Source of the DNA: Chiloscyllium plagiosum
Taxonomy: Eukaryota
Direction of reading: 5' to 3'
Length of the DNA: 64,000 nucleotides
Assembly: GCF_004010195.1 (NCBI RefSeq)
Contig: NC_057712.1
Coordinates: 26,533,688-26,597,687 of the forward strand
Both the position numbers and the translations under genes were made by a program. The first letter of the stretch is position 1. Each line of letters begins with the position of its first letter. The notes below the pieces were generated by a model. It was not told the origin of the DNA. It did no database searches and saw only the letters and a list, made by a program, of their open reading frames with translations. Of the stretch, positions 51,503 through 63,809 are shown one piece after another.

Positions 51503-51929
51503 CTCCTGAAGTCTAAGTAAAACACTTTCATACAAACCGTCCTGCTTAACCTCACAAGAGTTTCACATGACTCTGTGAAAAAAATTTGCAGCGCCACATA
51601 TTTGACATCAAAGAACATGCTGATTTATATGCTGCAAAGGTGGCTTCTGCTTCACGGGATTTTTTTTTGTTTTGAATGAAATTGTAAACTTTGCAACCAG
51701 AAAGGACACAGGGTACTCCATTCAGAAGGAATGTAGAAAGGACATCAATAACTAAAGGGTAGGTTAATTCAGCTGGACAGTCAATTACATATCTGCACGA
51801 GGAAAGGCCTGAGAGGCTGACGTATGGGGCTCAGTGCATGAAAACCAACTACTGTTGGGGGTTAGGGAGGGGGAAGAGGGGGCAGTGCTGGGGTAAATTG
51901 AAGAAAATATGAAAAAGATTGCAAGATTC

Positions 51930-52250
51930 TACAGTATCCTAAAGTGTCTTAGAGCTAATGAAGTATATTTTCAAGTGTAATTACAGTTGCAGTATTATTG
52001 TAACGTAGGAAATGTGGCAACTAATTTTCTTTCCAGCAAGGTCTCATAAATTGCATTAAAATGAATGCCTAAATGATCATAACTTAGTTATTGGTCAATA
52101 AGTATCTATTGGTCACACTTTTCTTTGAATAATATTGAAAACTGTTGTGTTTTTTTTTATCATACATTAGAAAAGCCAGCAGGCCTTGGTTTAGCTAATC
52201 TCAAAGGTAACACATCCAACAGTTGCACTGGATAATCAGCCCTGAACTTG
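51930..52250 (-). mobile_element. Deu-domain SINE (SacSINE1/AmnSINE1-like)
   Basis: GCTAATGAAGTATATTTTCAAGTGTA...GTAGGAAATGTGGCAACTAATTT...GGCCTTGGTTTA, the antisense of the Deu core and tail. Confidence 0.65.
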
Positions 52251-52976
52251 CAGAAAAGACTGAAAGTCAAATAAAACTTTTAAAGTCCAATGTACAAAGC
52301 ATGACAACTTTTCACAATCCTTACAAAGCCATATTGTTTAATTTATAATTAATGAAAAAAATTTTTCTTCTGAGCCTAACTTTGCAACGGTGTTGTTTGC
52401 AAGAGAAGAGTATCCTGATTTGTTAAACACCCCTCACGCCTAATATTATTTCAGAAATTATATACATTTTCAGGACATATTAGGTGGGTTGAGCAGCTAA
52501 TCAGGATCTGTTCTTAAATTCATCAGTATATGGTATCTAACAGCCAGCACTCAATAATCAGATCATTAGAAGTAGAATATGCATGAGTACAGCAAAGAAG
52601 AATATGTAGACATAGTGGACATTAAAAGAGTAAATGTCAAGGGAATTCAATTTAAATTGAAAGGATTTCATTGAAATGAAACCAATAATTGAATAATTAC
52701 ACAATGGAATTTTTAAAATGTGCTTTAAGTATAACTAACAATGATGGAAGCAACAGCTTTACAAAGATAACAGTTTCAAATACAGTTATGCAGGCATTAT
52801 AAAACAGGTTTGAGATCTCAGACCTTCACTTCTACATCCAAGGTAGTGTGCATATTACAAACTGAAAGATCATGTGAAATGGTGAAATACTTTCTGAGCA
52901 ACTAGCCAATAAATAAATGCTATGGTTTTTGTGGGGAGATGGATATTGCTTTCTTTACTGTTTCCTTTGGTCTAGT

Positions 52977-53325
52977 GGGCGGCACGGTGGCTCCGTGGTC
53001 AGCACTGCCGCCTCACAGCGCCAGAGACCCGGGTTCAATTCCAGCCTTGGGTAACTGTCTATATGGAGTCTGCATGTTCTCACTGTCTATGTGAGTTTCC
53101 TCCAGGTGCTCCGGTTTCCTCCCATAATCCAAAGATGTACAGGTCAAGTGAGTTAGCCATGGTAAATTGTCCATAGTGTTCAGGGATGTGTAGGTTAGGT
53201 GCATTAGTCAGGGGCAAATGTAGAATAATAGGGTAGGGAAATGGATTTGGGTGGGTTACTCTTCAAAGGGTGGGTGTGGACTCGTTGGGCTAAATGGCCT
53301 GTTTCCACACTGTAGGGATTCTATG
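52977..53325 (+). mobile_element. HE1-type V-SINE, full length
   Basis: A-box, B-box GGTTCAATTCC, V-domain and CR1-like tail GGCCTGTTTCCACACTGTAGGGATTCTATG. Confidence 0.95.
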
Positions 53326-53457
53326 AAATCCTGCTTGGTTTAGTGTGTGCTAAACACACTAAATGTGTTTAGGAGCAATGACTAGGAATCTTAACAGGAG
53401 GTGCTTGTCTTACCAAGTTGTCAACATTGCATGTCAACAATTATTCTGGTCTCTCTC

Positions 53458-53960
53458 TCTCCTATTGAAAGGATATTGTGAAACTTGAAAGGGTTCAGAA
53501 AAGATTTCCAGGGATGTTACCAGGGTTGGAGGGTTTGAGCAATCAGAAGAGGCTGAATAGGCTAGGGCTATTTTCCCTGGAGCTGAGGCTGAGGAGTGAC
53601 CTTATAGAGGTTTAAAAAACCATGAGGGACATGCATAGGGTAAATAGACAACGCTTTTTTTCACGGTGGGGGATTCCAAATCTAGAGGGAGAGGGGAAAG
53701 ATTTAAAAGGGTCCTAAGGAGCAACTTTTTCACGCAGAGGTTTGTGTGTGTGTGTATGGAATGAGTTGGCAAAGGAAATGGTGGACGCTGGTACAATTAT
53801 AACATTTAAAAAGCATTTGGAAGGGTATATGAATAGGAAGGGTTTAGAGGGATATGGGCCAAATATTGACAAATGAGACTAGATTTATTTAGGACACTTG
53901 GTCGGCATGGGCAAGTTAGACCAAAGAGTCTGTTTCCGTGCTGTACATCTCAATGACTCT
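53458..53960 (+). mobile_element. CR1 (HER1-like) LINE 3' end
   Basis: KDIVKLERVQKRF...NFFTQR, with tail GCTGTACATCTCAATGACTCT. Confidence 0.92.
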
Positions 53961-55344
53961 TAAGTGGTAGTTACATTAGCTAGTTAGCCATTGTTACTAA
54001 GACTATTAGGAGACCACGGGTAATATGGTGATGGCAGAAAGAAATGTTGAGCTGTTAGCAGGAACACTTCAGGATATTAAAAGAAACAGACTATTGGGAG
54101 ACATAAATGCCATATTTGACCCCCTTGAGAACCAGAACTATTCTCCTGATTTTCCTCACTGTATTACATCATTGGATTGGGTGAAAATTAATGCAGCCTC
54201 CAACATTAAGCCTGTCAGTGCCATTACCTTGTACAACAATGGCATGTTAATATCTATCATCTTGACGTGCTATAGAATTGGCCTTAATGAATCACCAGTT
54301 ATCCTTTCTTGTTCAAACTATAGCAGTGCAAACTGTCATTCTAAATCCAATGTTTATTTAGCTGCTGTGAATTCTTATGTGAAGCACAATGTGGCCAAAA
54401 AGCCCGCTTCTATCCTGCACATTCTACATAATTCAGTGTAAATCAAAGATAAAAATAACTTGGTTTAATATGGCACATATGAAGAGCAATATCAAACATG
54501 AGGCTTTTAAATGTACAAGAATTCAGAGGCTATATATAATAAAAGTTGAGAAAAAGTATATGAAAAAACACAATTAAATTATAAGATCATTGAAGTATAA
54601 AGGACTTGCTAAACAACTGTGCAGCAAGCATAAAATTAAAGGAAGTAAGCATAGGGCAAGTTTAAGAATTTTGGCTTGTTATTCATTGTCAGGGATCTGG
54701 ACATGATTGGCAGTGGCCTCTGTATGAGCTTTACTGTTCAATAGCTTACATTTCTTTAGAGCAGAAACAACATTCAATGAGCATTGCTAGCAGTGAGGAA
54801 AGCAAGTCGACAAGCACAGTAGGACTATAATGAGGGAAGGGATAAAAGTTTCACATGTTAATATGATTTTTGCAAATTCCAAACCAATGACCCGGCTATA
54901 TGACTCTTAAAGGTCATCAGTACTAAAATTAATGAAGCATCAAGAGGCATTTAGTAAATTAATTAAGTTCAGGAGATGATGCTAATGATTAAAACTGCAC
55001 TAAAGTGGTTTAATCAGTTTTTTAAAAAAGAGATGAAGTGACAAATCTTGACTGGACTTCTCAATTTAATGTCTTGCACTATGCTGTGGTGAATTCATCA
55101 GGTAACCTAATATACTCTACCGAGCTTCATAAACAATGTGAAGTGTGCACTTGTTCATACAGGTATTAGAATCCAGATGGATGTCATCTTCACCTGGGCA
55201 TAATCCTTTGAGACTGAACTAAGGGCAGGTAAAGGACACAGCTATATTGACAAAAGTTGAAAAAGATCTAATTAACCTAATTAATAAGACCTAATTAAAA
55301 AGTCCTGATCAACATTAAACAGTCATGTTGTAGAGTATAGAACC

Positions 55345-55948
55345 CTTAACACGTGATGCATGCAACTGTAAAAGTAACTGTAAGATTCAAAACCAAGTTC
55401 AGAGGTGAATTTATGGTAAAACACAGTTGGCTGCATTCTTGGATATACTATATATGTTGTGGACATCTCATACCCTGGAAAGGACATTAGCCTTCTAGGA
55501 AATGCAGCATAGACTTATTAGAATGATGTCTGGCTTCCAAGGGTTGTTATGGGAAGAAAGTCCATAGATGAGGGATGTACTGCTTAGAATTTTGAAGATT
55601 ATAGAATGATTTGACGGAACTATGCAAAAGATTGGGAGAAACTCTTCTCATTAGGAGTTTAGACAAGTGTATGTTGACAGGGTCTTAAAAATTGAACTTT
55701 TCAGAAGCGCAATTAGGAAAAAACGTCTAAACACAAAGGTTTCTGAACTTCTATCTACAAAAGGCAAGTGATGTCAGATCAATTGCAACTTTAAACTCTG
55801 AGACTGCTAGTTTTTTTAATCTAATGGTTTTAAAGAAATGGAGCAAAGGTACGTATATAGAATTTAGTTCATAGATCAGACATGGTCTCATTGAATGTTG
55901 GAACAGGATTGAGGGGTTCACTGGCTGACTCTAGTTCATACATTTCTA
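55345..55948 (+). mobile_element. Highly degenerate CR1 3' end
   Basis: GAAAGGACATTAGCCTTCTAGG..., with 3' UTR AGATCAGACATGGTCTCATTGAATGTTGGAACAGG. Confidence 0.65.
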
Positions 55949-56774
55949 ATTCGCTATTTTATCCAATCATTGATACATATAATGAAGATCTGAAATCCCA
56001 AAACAATTTCTTAATAGTTGCCTTTATAAAATCCTGCCAGTTCCTCATGCTGATTTGAAAATTTAGCCTATTTTTTTTTACTAACATGGACACCCACCTA
56101 GAGAAGAAGTCTCTTTTCGTTAAGTTACAAGGACACAAAGGCAACCTCTGGGCCCTTCTGCATTTAGGGTAACCTATTGTAACGATATTTGAAATAACAC
56201 ATGGAGAAATGAATCAAAATAGACAATTGATTTTCTTGTCATTTGGTCCATATTATCCTTTGCCCCTTCATGTTAACTGTGCAGAATGGCATTCGAAAAC
56301 ATAAGTAATCACGCAATCACTGATGTGTGCGAAAAAGTTCTAACTTTTAAAAAGTTAACAATTTAATTCTGCTTGACAACACTGTTCTACATGACAGCTC
56401 AATGTTAGATAATACGCAAACTAATTTTGGCGCAAAGAACTTCGGGTAAAGCTGTTCCTGCAAAGATTATTTTTGATATATGGAATCAAATGCCATCTAA
56501 TGTTCAAAATTAAAAACTGCAGCTTTTTCTTCAGAGACTATTGCAAAGCAAGTGACACAGAAGAGAAACACAAGGTTATTGATTGAAAATTTGCCTCAAA
56601 ATTACTTTAGTGATTTTAGTTTTGGCCAGAACACCATTTGCTTACATAAATAAATGCTGCATTTTCGTAAGAGTCAATTTGAAACTTGCCTGTTCAGAAA
56701 GCCCATCTATATCTTTATAAATATTCAAGGCAAAGAGATTTAGGCAGGTTAATTTTAGGTCAGGTTTATACAAA

Positions 56775-57590
56775 AAACAGTAGATGGAATATGACGCAGT
56801 GAAATGTGAATGTATCCACTTTTTGGTGGGAATAATTGCAGTATATTATTTAAAAGGAGAGAGATTGCGGAACTCTATGGGTGAAGGAGGATCTGGATGT
56901 TCTGGTATATGAGCTATCCAAAAGAAAATATGCAGGTACAGCAAGTGATTGGGAAGTCAAATAGAATTTTGGCATTTATTGCAAGGGGAATTGAATATAA
57001 AAATAAGTATTTTTACCACAGTTGTACAGAGTGTTGGTGAGACCACATCTGGAGAATGGTCTGCAGTTTTGGTCTCCTCATTTGAAAAAGGATCTGATTG
57101 CATTGGAAATTGTTTCAACTCATTGCTGGGACAAAAGCCAGATCCTCTGAAGAAAGGATGAACAATTGGGCTTTTGCCCATTGGAGTTGAGAAGAATGGC
57201 ATATGATCTCATTGAAATGTATAAGATCCTGGGGCCATGATAGGGTAGATAACAGAAGTGTGTTTCCTTTTACAGGGAAGACCAGAACAAGGAGATAGAG
57301 ATAGAATAAGAGATCGCCCATAAAAGATGGTGATGAGAAGAAATTCTTTTTCCCCGAGATGATCATTGGTCAATATAAGATCCTCTTACCCAGAAATCAG
57401 TGTAAATTGGATTTCCTGAATAGAATCTACTCAAGGCAAAGGTGTGTAGATTTTTGACAGACAAGCGAGTCAGGGGTTATGGAGAGTTGAGATGCCAACC
57501 AAATCAGCCAACATTTTATAGAATGGTACAGCAGGCTCAAAGGCTGAATGGCCTACTCCTTTCATGAACTCTTACATTTCTATGCTCCTA
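56775..57590 (+). mobile_element. CR1 LINE 3' part
   Basis: KCECIHF, LYRVLVRPHLE..QFWSP, DLIEMYKIL, and a 3' UTR. Confidence 0.85.
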
Positions 57591-57599
57591 GTCAGACAG

Positions 57600-57950
57600 C
57601 ATAGTATCCCTACAGTGTGAAAGCAAGCCGTTTGGCCTGTCAAGTCGCCCTAACCTTCCAAACAGCATCCTACTCAGACCAACCTTGCACCATCTCCCTG
57701 TCACCCTGCATTTCCTATGCCTAACCAATTAGCCTGCACATTCTTAGACACTATGGGCAATTTAGCACAGTCATCCACCTAACGTTCTCATCTTTGGACT
57801 GTGGAAGAAAACCAGAACACCTGGAGGAAACCAATGCACAGATGCGGAGAATGTGAAAACTCCATGCGGCCAGTCAACCAAGGCTGGAATCAAATTCCGA
57901 TCCCTTGCACTGTGAGGCAGCAATGGTAACCATTGAACCACCATGCCGCA
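57600..57950 (-). mobile_element. HE1-type V-SINE
   Basis: Antisense head, V-domain and tail, as in the copy at 49070. Confidence 0.88.
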
Positions 57951-58357
57951 TGAATTCAGGATAAGAACAAAGCAGAATGAAATGATGAAAAGTCCATTTA
58001 TTTCTTCCAGACCTGACAATAGGCATATTGGAACTTCTAGTGTACTCAAACTTCTGTAATTTTATTCCACACCAAAGCTACTGAACAATTTACAAGTTGT
58101 TCACACCCATACAAATAAGCACTAGTTGATTTGTTTTTGCTTTGGTGTTTGAGAGTTTTCATAAAGCTGCAGTTATTTTAACATTTTGGATACAGAAATG
58201 GTTACTTTTGCAGTGCATAACATCTTGTTGCCCATACTTGCTATTTTTCTTTTGTTTCCTCACAATAGTCTTACCAACAACTTCCATTTCATTTGAAGCA
58301 TGCAATTTTTAAGCAGAGTTTATTTTGAACATTCCTGCATCAGCACTAGATTTGAAG

Positions 58358-59600
58358 AACGTAAGAACATAAAAAATAGGGGCAGAAGGAGGCCATTCAC
58401 TCCATAAGTCTGCCCTACCATTCGACTGGTCATTGCTGATCTGCCCTAGGCCTCAACTGCTCTTTTGTGCCAGTTCATCATCACCTTTAATTCCTTGATA
58501 TTTCAATAAATACCTTTATAAATAATTCCAATGCCTTCATAACCTCAGAGAATTTCAGGCATTCACTATCCTTAGAGAAGATTTTTCTTCACATCTTTGT
58601 TTTAAATGAGTGTCCCCTTATTGCTTATCCCATGTCCCCAGTTCCAATAGTGGAGATATCTTGTCAACATTTAGCCTGTCAAGCACTCTCTGAACCTTAA
58701 ATAAAAACTGAAAGAACTGTGGATGCTGTAAATCAGAAACAAACAAAAAGTTCCTGGAAAAGCTCAGCAGGTCTGGCAGCATCTGTGAAGAGAAATCAGA
58801 GTTAACATTGTGGGTCCAGTGACCCTTCCTCAGCTCTGACACAGACCCAAAATATTAACTCTGATTTATTTTCACAGATGGTACCAGACCTGCTGAGCTT
58901 TTTAAACAATTTCTGTTTTTGTCCCTCAGAATCATCTCTCTTCTAAACCTCTAAATAAAGCCTTAGCCTGTTGAGCCATCAAACCACCTCTCCCCAATCC
59001 CAGGAATGGGCTGAGTGAATCTCTTTGGATTGACTTCAATGCTGTTACATCCTTTCTTAAATACAGGGGACAAAACTGTATACAGTACTTCCAGAGCGCT
59101 CAACATTCAGTACAGTTATAACAAGACCTGTCTGTTTTTAAACTTCAAATCCTCAGCAATAAAGTTCAAAATTCCATTTCCCTTCTTAGTCACGTACAAC
59201 ACCTACAGATTAATGTTTTGTGTTTCATGTACAGGAACACTCAGATCACTCTGTGCCATACTTTCAGAGACTTTCTCCATTTAAAGAAGAATCTGCCTTT
59301 TGATTCTTCCTACCAAAGTGCATGATCTCACATTCTCCTACACAACTGCATCTGCCAATTTATGACCCTCACACTAAATCTATCGATATTCACTTGTAGA
59401 TTTCTTATGTCCTCAATACATATGCCATCCCATGAATTTTCATATCATCACCAAATATGGATAAAGGACACTCTGTCCCACTCCAAGTCATTAATGTGTA
59501 AGGTAAATAATTGTGTCCCTGGGACTGATCTTTGTGGCACTCGATTTGTTATATCTTCCCAATCTGAAAAAGACTCATCAATTCCAAATCTGTCTCTGCT
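58358..59600 (-). mobile_element. CR1 LINE 3' part containing a fold-back insert
   Basis: (TTCTTATG) tail at 58358 and an antisense RT region (VPQRSVPG near 59520). Confidence 0.8.
58698..58922. mobile_element. Fold-back mini-element made of two inverted Penelope ends (second family)
   Basis: AAAAGCTCAGCAGGTCTGGCAGCATCTGTGAAGAGAAATCAGAGTTAA (58758-58805) is mirrored by TTAACTCTGATTTATTTTCACAGATGGTACCAGACCTGCTGAGCTTTT (58855-58902). A degenerate hammerhead lies at the centre. Confidence 0.85.
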
Positions 59601-59608
59601 GCACCAAT

Positions 59609-59982
59609 TTTACCAGTTTCTTCCTTTCCTTTGCCCCCCCCACCTTACCCAAGTTCCAACCTTCCAGCTCAGCACTGCCCTCATGACCTGTCCCACCTGT
59701 CCCTCTTCCTTCCCACCCATCCATTCCACCCTTCCCTCCAACCTATCACTTTTACCCCACCTCCATCCACGTATTGAACTTTCAGCTGTCTTCCCTCTAG
59801 CCCCACACACCTCCCAATTATCTCTCCATCCCCCGAGGTTCCTAGCCTCATTCTTGATGAAGGGCTTTTACCCAAAACGTCGATTTTCCTGCTCCTCAGA
59901 TGCTGCCTGATCTGCTGTGCCTTTCCAGCACCATATTCTCGACTCTAATCTCCAGCATCTGCAGTCCTCACATTCCTCCAGT
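59609..59982 (+). mobile_element. Penelope 3' end
   Basis: C-rich UTR, hammerhead-like TTGATGAAGGGCTTTTACCCAAAACGTCGA, and an approximate TSD CT(G/T)CTG(C/G)ACCAAT (59596-59608, 59983-59995). Confidence 0.88.
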
Positions 59983-60574
59983 CTTCTGGACCAATGTTAA
60001 CTAATTGTCAATCCAGGCTAATAATTGTTTGTGCTGACCAGTCTTCAATCCGTGATAATACAAGAAAGAAGGTGTGTAACAGGAGGCAAAGCAGAGGTGA
60101 TTGTACCTGAGATTTGTTTCCTTGTATCGCCCATCACCCTGTTTATGTCTGAAGGCACATGCCTTCTGTCATCTGAGTTTCACAAGTAGAGGCAATGAGA
60201 GATGTATTCAGGATGATTATACACCAAAGGAGAAATCAAGTCAGGAGGTGCTTTTCCACCAAAGTCTACACACCAAATTACATTCTTCAGCATGCTTAAG
60301 GAAATATCCAACGAAAGAAAGAATAGTTCAATATGAAAATACAGAAGTTGCTAAACTTCCACTAGTAAATTGGCCTACAAACATTTTCTCAAACATTAAA
60401 AAAGAACAGTTATAATTCAGAACACTTGACTTCAGATCAGAAACTAGCGTTTCAATGCGCAAATATATTTACAACAAGTATTTCCATTTATTATTCCATT
60501 GGCCTAACCATGGTACCAATCTCTTTCATAAATCTTGCTTGGCTTCACAAAAAAAGGTTTAACATTAAAAGAAA

Positions 60575-61405
60575 ATGAACATACAGACAAGAAGTAGGTC
60601 ACTTGCTCCATTATTCAATAAGATCATGACTGATAATTTGATTAGTCCACATTCCTGGCTCCTTCTGATATCTTTCAACCTCTTGCTTATCAAGAATCCA
60701 TCTACTTCTCCTTAAAATTATTCAAGTCTGCATTCACTACATTTTGAGAATGAGAGATCCAAAGACTCATGACTTAGGAAAAATAATGAGGTGGGATCTT
60801 ATAGAATCAAATAAAATTATGAAGGGAATAGATAAGATAGATGTAGAGAGGATGTTTCCACTGGCAGGTAAAACTAGGACAAGAGGGCATAGCTTCAGGA
60901 TTAGGGGGAGCAGATTTAGGACTGAATTGAGGAGGAACTTCTTCAGCCAGAGGGTTGTGAATCTATGAATTCCCTGCCCAGTGAAGTTGTCGACACTACT
61001 TCAGTAAATGTTTTTAAAGCTAAGATAGATTTTGTTTTGAACAGTAAAGGAATTAAGGGTTATGGTGTGATGGTGGGTAAGTGGAGCTGAGTCCACAAAA
61101 AGATCAGCCATGATCTTATTGAATGGTAGAGCAGGCTTGAAGGGTCAGATGGCCTACTCCTGCTCCTGGTTCTTACGTTCTTATGTATCTCTTGCCTAAA
61201 CTGGTGACCCCTTATTTTCAAACAGCTACTCCCAGTTCTAAACTCTCTTATCAAGAGGAAACCTCCTTTCTCCATTCACCCTCAGGATCTTTATATGTTT
61301 CATTCAAGCTGCATCTTACTTTTCTAAACTCCAGTCAATACAAGTCTAGCCTGCGCAACATTTCCTCATAAGACAATCAGACTATTTCAAGTATTAGTCT
61401 AGCAA
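60575..61405 (-). mobile_element. Older CR1 3' end split by an opposite-strand CR1
   Basis: Antisense CR1 UTR and ORF end at 60575-60780, resuming at 61190-61405. Confidence 0.7.
60785..61187 (+). mobile_element. CR1 LINE 3' end
   Basis: DLIESNKIMKGIDKIDVERMFP...TRTRGHSFRI...FFSQRVVNL, with a TTCTTACGTTCTTATG tail. Confidence 0.92.
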
Positions 61406-62228
61406 TGTATCAAGAGCATCTTTGGACTGGGCTGCTTTGGGAAGACCTAGTCTTGAGAAGACCTATCTGCAATTTGTATTACCATTGCAAGGATATTCTG
61501 AGCCTGCATTCTGCCAGCAATGTGAGCTACTGCCTGAGAGAACTATTTACATGGTCTATCATCAAGGGTAACCATGACATCATGAAAACAGATTCTAGTC
61601 ATGCTGGATCAAAGTACTGACAAATGCTCAGTACTAACAAGAGGTCAGATACAATAGAATCATTTGAAATCCTGAAGACTTCACTAGATCTTACTCCAAA
61701 TCTCTCAACAGCTAGTTTTCTTAGTTCTCCAAATGACTCCTCATACCCTTTGGATACACTGACTGTTCTAAAACCAACTCTATCGGAGGAATACTTGCAG
61801 ATGTTTTTAGTATTTCCACTTAGTTTAGGAAACACCAATATGCTTGAAACCCTTCTCAGTCAATTAACATATATTAGTTGCTCTGGTGAGTTCATTAATT
61901 TCCTATTTTTACTGCAAAGGATATCCAGATGCCTGTCACTGTTCATTACCTGTTTTCACAAATTGTTGAAAGCATTCACCCAAGATTAAAGATTTCCATC
62001 TCAAACAGGTCCTCTTGTTCCATGAGTAGAATGTGTTGGTCTGATTTACTTGATTTTAGCATTCATTTCTTGATCTGGCTGCAGGTTTTGCTGTACTTTG
62101 ACCAGTTGATACCACTCTCTTAAGCAGTAATGCCTTTTAATTTCAACTGGCATCACACACCTCTGCCACCATTCCCATGTTTTACTGTCACCAACTTCAC
62201 GCATTTGGAGATTAATTGTCATCTATGA

Positions 62229-62800
62229 TAGAGTTGAAAATGTGTTGCTGGAAAAGCGCAGCAGGTCAGGCAGCATCCAAGGAGCAGGAGAATCGACGTT
62301 TCGGGCATAAGCCCTTCTTCAGGAATGAGGAAAGTGTGTCCAACAGGCTAAGATAAAAATTAGGGAGGAGGGACTTGGGGGAGGGGCGTTGGAAATGCGA
62401 TAGGTGGAAGGAGGTCAAGATGAGGGTGATAGGCTGGAGTGGGGGTGGGGGCGGAGAGGTCAGGAAGAAGATTGCAGGTTAGGAAGGCGGTGCTGAGTTC
62501 GAGGGATTTGACTGAGACAAGGTGGGGGGAGGGGAAATGAGGAAACTGGAGAAATCTGAGTTCATCCCCTGAGGTTGGAGGGTTCCTAGGCGGAAGATGA
62601 GGCGCTCTTCCTCCAACCGTCGTGTTGCTATGGCAATGGAGGAGTCCAAGGACCTGCCTGTCCTTGGTGGAGTGGGAGGGGGAGTTGAAGTGTTGAGCCA
62701 CGGGGTGGTTGGGTTGGTTGGTCTGGGTGTCCCAGAGGTGTTCTCTGAAATGTTCCACAAGTAGGCGGACTGTCTCCCCAATATAGAGGAGGCTACATCA
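62229..62800 (-). mobile_element. Penelope-like element 3' part
   Basis: LYIGET..EHFREHL..PVAQHFN..EEERLIFRLGTLQPQGMNSDF, with a hammerhead at 62293-62323. Confidence 0.92.
62292..62326 (-). ncRNA. Minimal type I hammerhead ribozyme motif (intact core)
   Basis: Minus strand CCTGAAGA-A-GGGC ttat GCCC-GAAACGTC-GA. Confidence 0.75.
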
Positions 62801-62867
62801 AGCCACACCTGATGTGGCCTCCTCTATATTGGGTACCCGATGTGGCCTCCTCTATATTGGGCACCCG

Positions 62868-63746
62868 ATATTACAGGGTGACCTGGACAGATTATGTGAG
62901 TGGTCAGATGCATGGCAGGTGCAGTTTAATGTGGATAAATGGATGGTTATCCACTTTGGTGGCAAGAACAGAAAGGCAGATTACTACCTAAATGGAATCA
63001 ATTTAGGTAAAGGGGCAGTACAAAGAGATCTGAGTGTTCTTGTACACCAGTCAATGAAGGTAAGCATGCAGGTACAGCAGGTAGTGAAGAAGGCTAATAA
63101 CATGCTGGCCGTCATAACAAGAGGGATTGAGTATAGAAGCAAAGAGGTTCTTCTGCAGCTGTACAGGGCCCTGGTGAGACCACACCTGGAGTACTGTGTG
63201 CAGCTCTGGTCTCCAAATTTGAGAAAAGACATTCTGGCTATTGAGGGAGTGCAGCGTATGATCACGATATCAATTCCTGGAATGGCGGGACTACCTTACA
63301 CTGAAAGACTGGAGCGACTGGACTTGTATACCCTTGAGTTTAGAAGACTGAGAGTGGATCTGATTGAGACATATAAGATTATTAAAGGATTAGATACTCT
63401 GGAGGCAGGAAACATGTTTCCGCTGATGGGTGAGTGCCGAACCAGAGGACACAGCTTAAAAATACGGGGTAGACCATTTAGGACAGAGATGAGGAGAAAC
63501 TTCTTCACCCAGAGAGTGGTGGCTGTGTGGAATGCTCTGCCCCAGAGGGCAGTGGAGGCCCAGTCTCTGGATTCATTTAAGAAAGAGTTGGATAGAGCTC
63601 TCAAGGATAGTGGAATCAAGGGTTATGGAGATAAGGCAGGAACAGGATACTGATTAAGGATGATCAGCCATGATTATATTGAATGGTGGTGTAGGCTCGA
63701 AGGGCAGAATGGCTTACTCCTGCACCTATTGTCTATTGTCTATTGT
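62868..63746 (+). mobile_element. Young CR1 LINE 3' part (uninterrupted ORF2 C-terminus)
   Basis: LQGDLDRLCEWSDAWQVQFNVDK...LYRALVRPHLEYCVQLWSP...FFTQRVVAVWNALP is open to 63653, followed by a (CTATTGT)n tail. Confidence 0.95.
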
Positions 63747-63809
63747 AAAAATGATTTTTTCTCTAAAGCCCTGCTTCATCATACATATACTAGTACTGAA
63801 TTAAAACCT

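Noticed and set aside
51430-51520. Splice acceptor (TTCTGCAG) followed by a repeat-coded exon
   Set aside because: The following sequence is a short tandem repeat with early stops in two frames and no recognisable peptide or convincing donor.
53339-53363. 10-bp perfect hairpin TTTAGTGTGT/ACACACTAAA
   Set aside because: Too short and low in complexity to support a function; probably a local template-switch duplication.
61400-62220. Coding ORFs 61624-61989 (+) and 61599-61838 (-)
   Set aside because: The minus frame (KGYEESFGEL...EVFRI) looks like a very decayed CR1 ORF2. It is too degenerate to delimit, and the plus ORF is its antisense.
62814-63653. 279-aa ORF as a host gene
   Set aside because: It is the CR1 ORF2 C-terminus fused to a Penelope-derived junction and begins at a GTG inside the scar.
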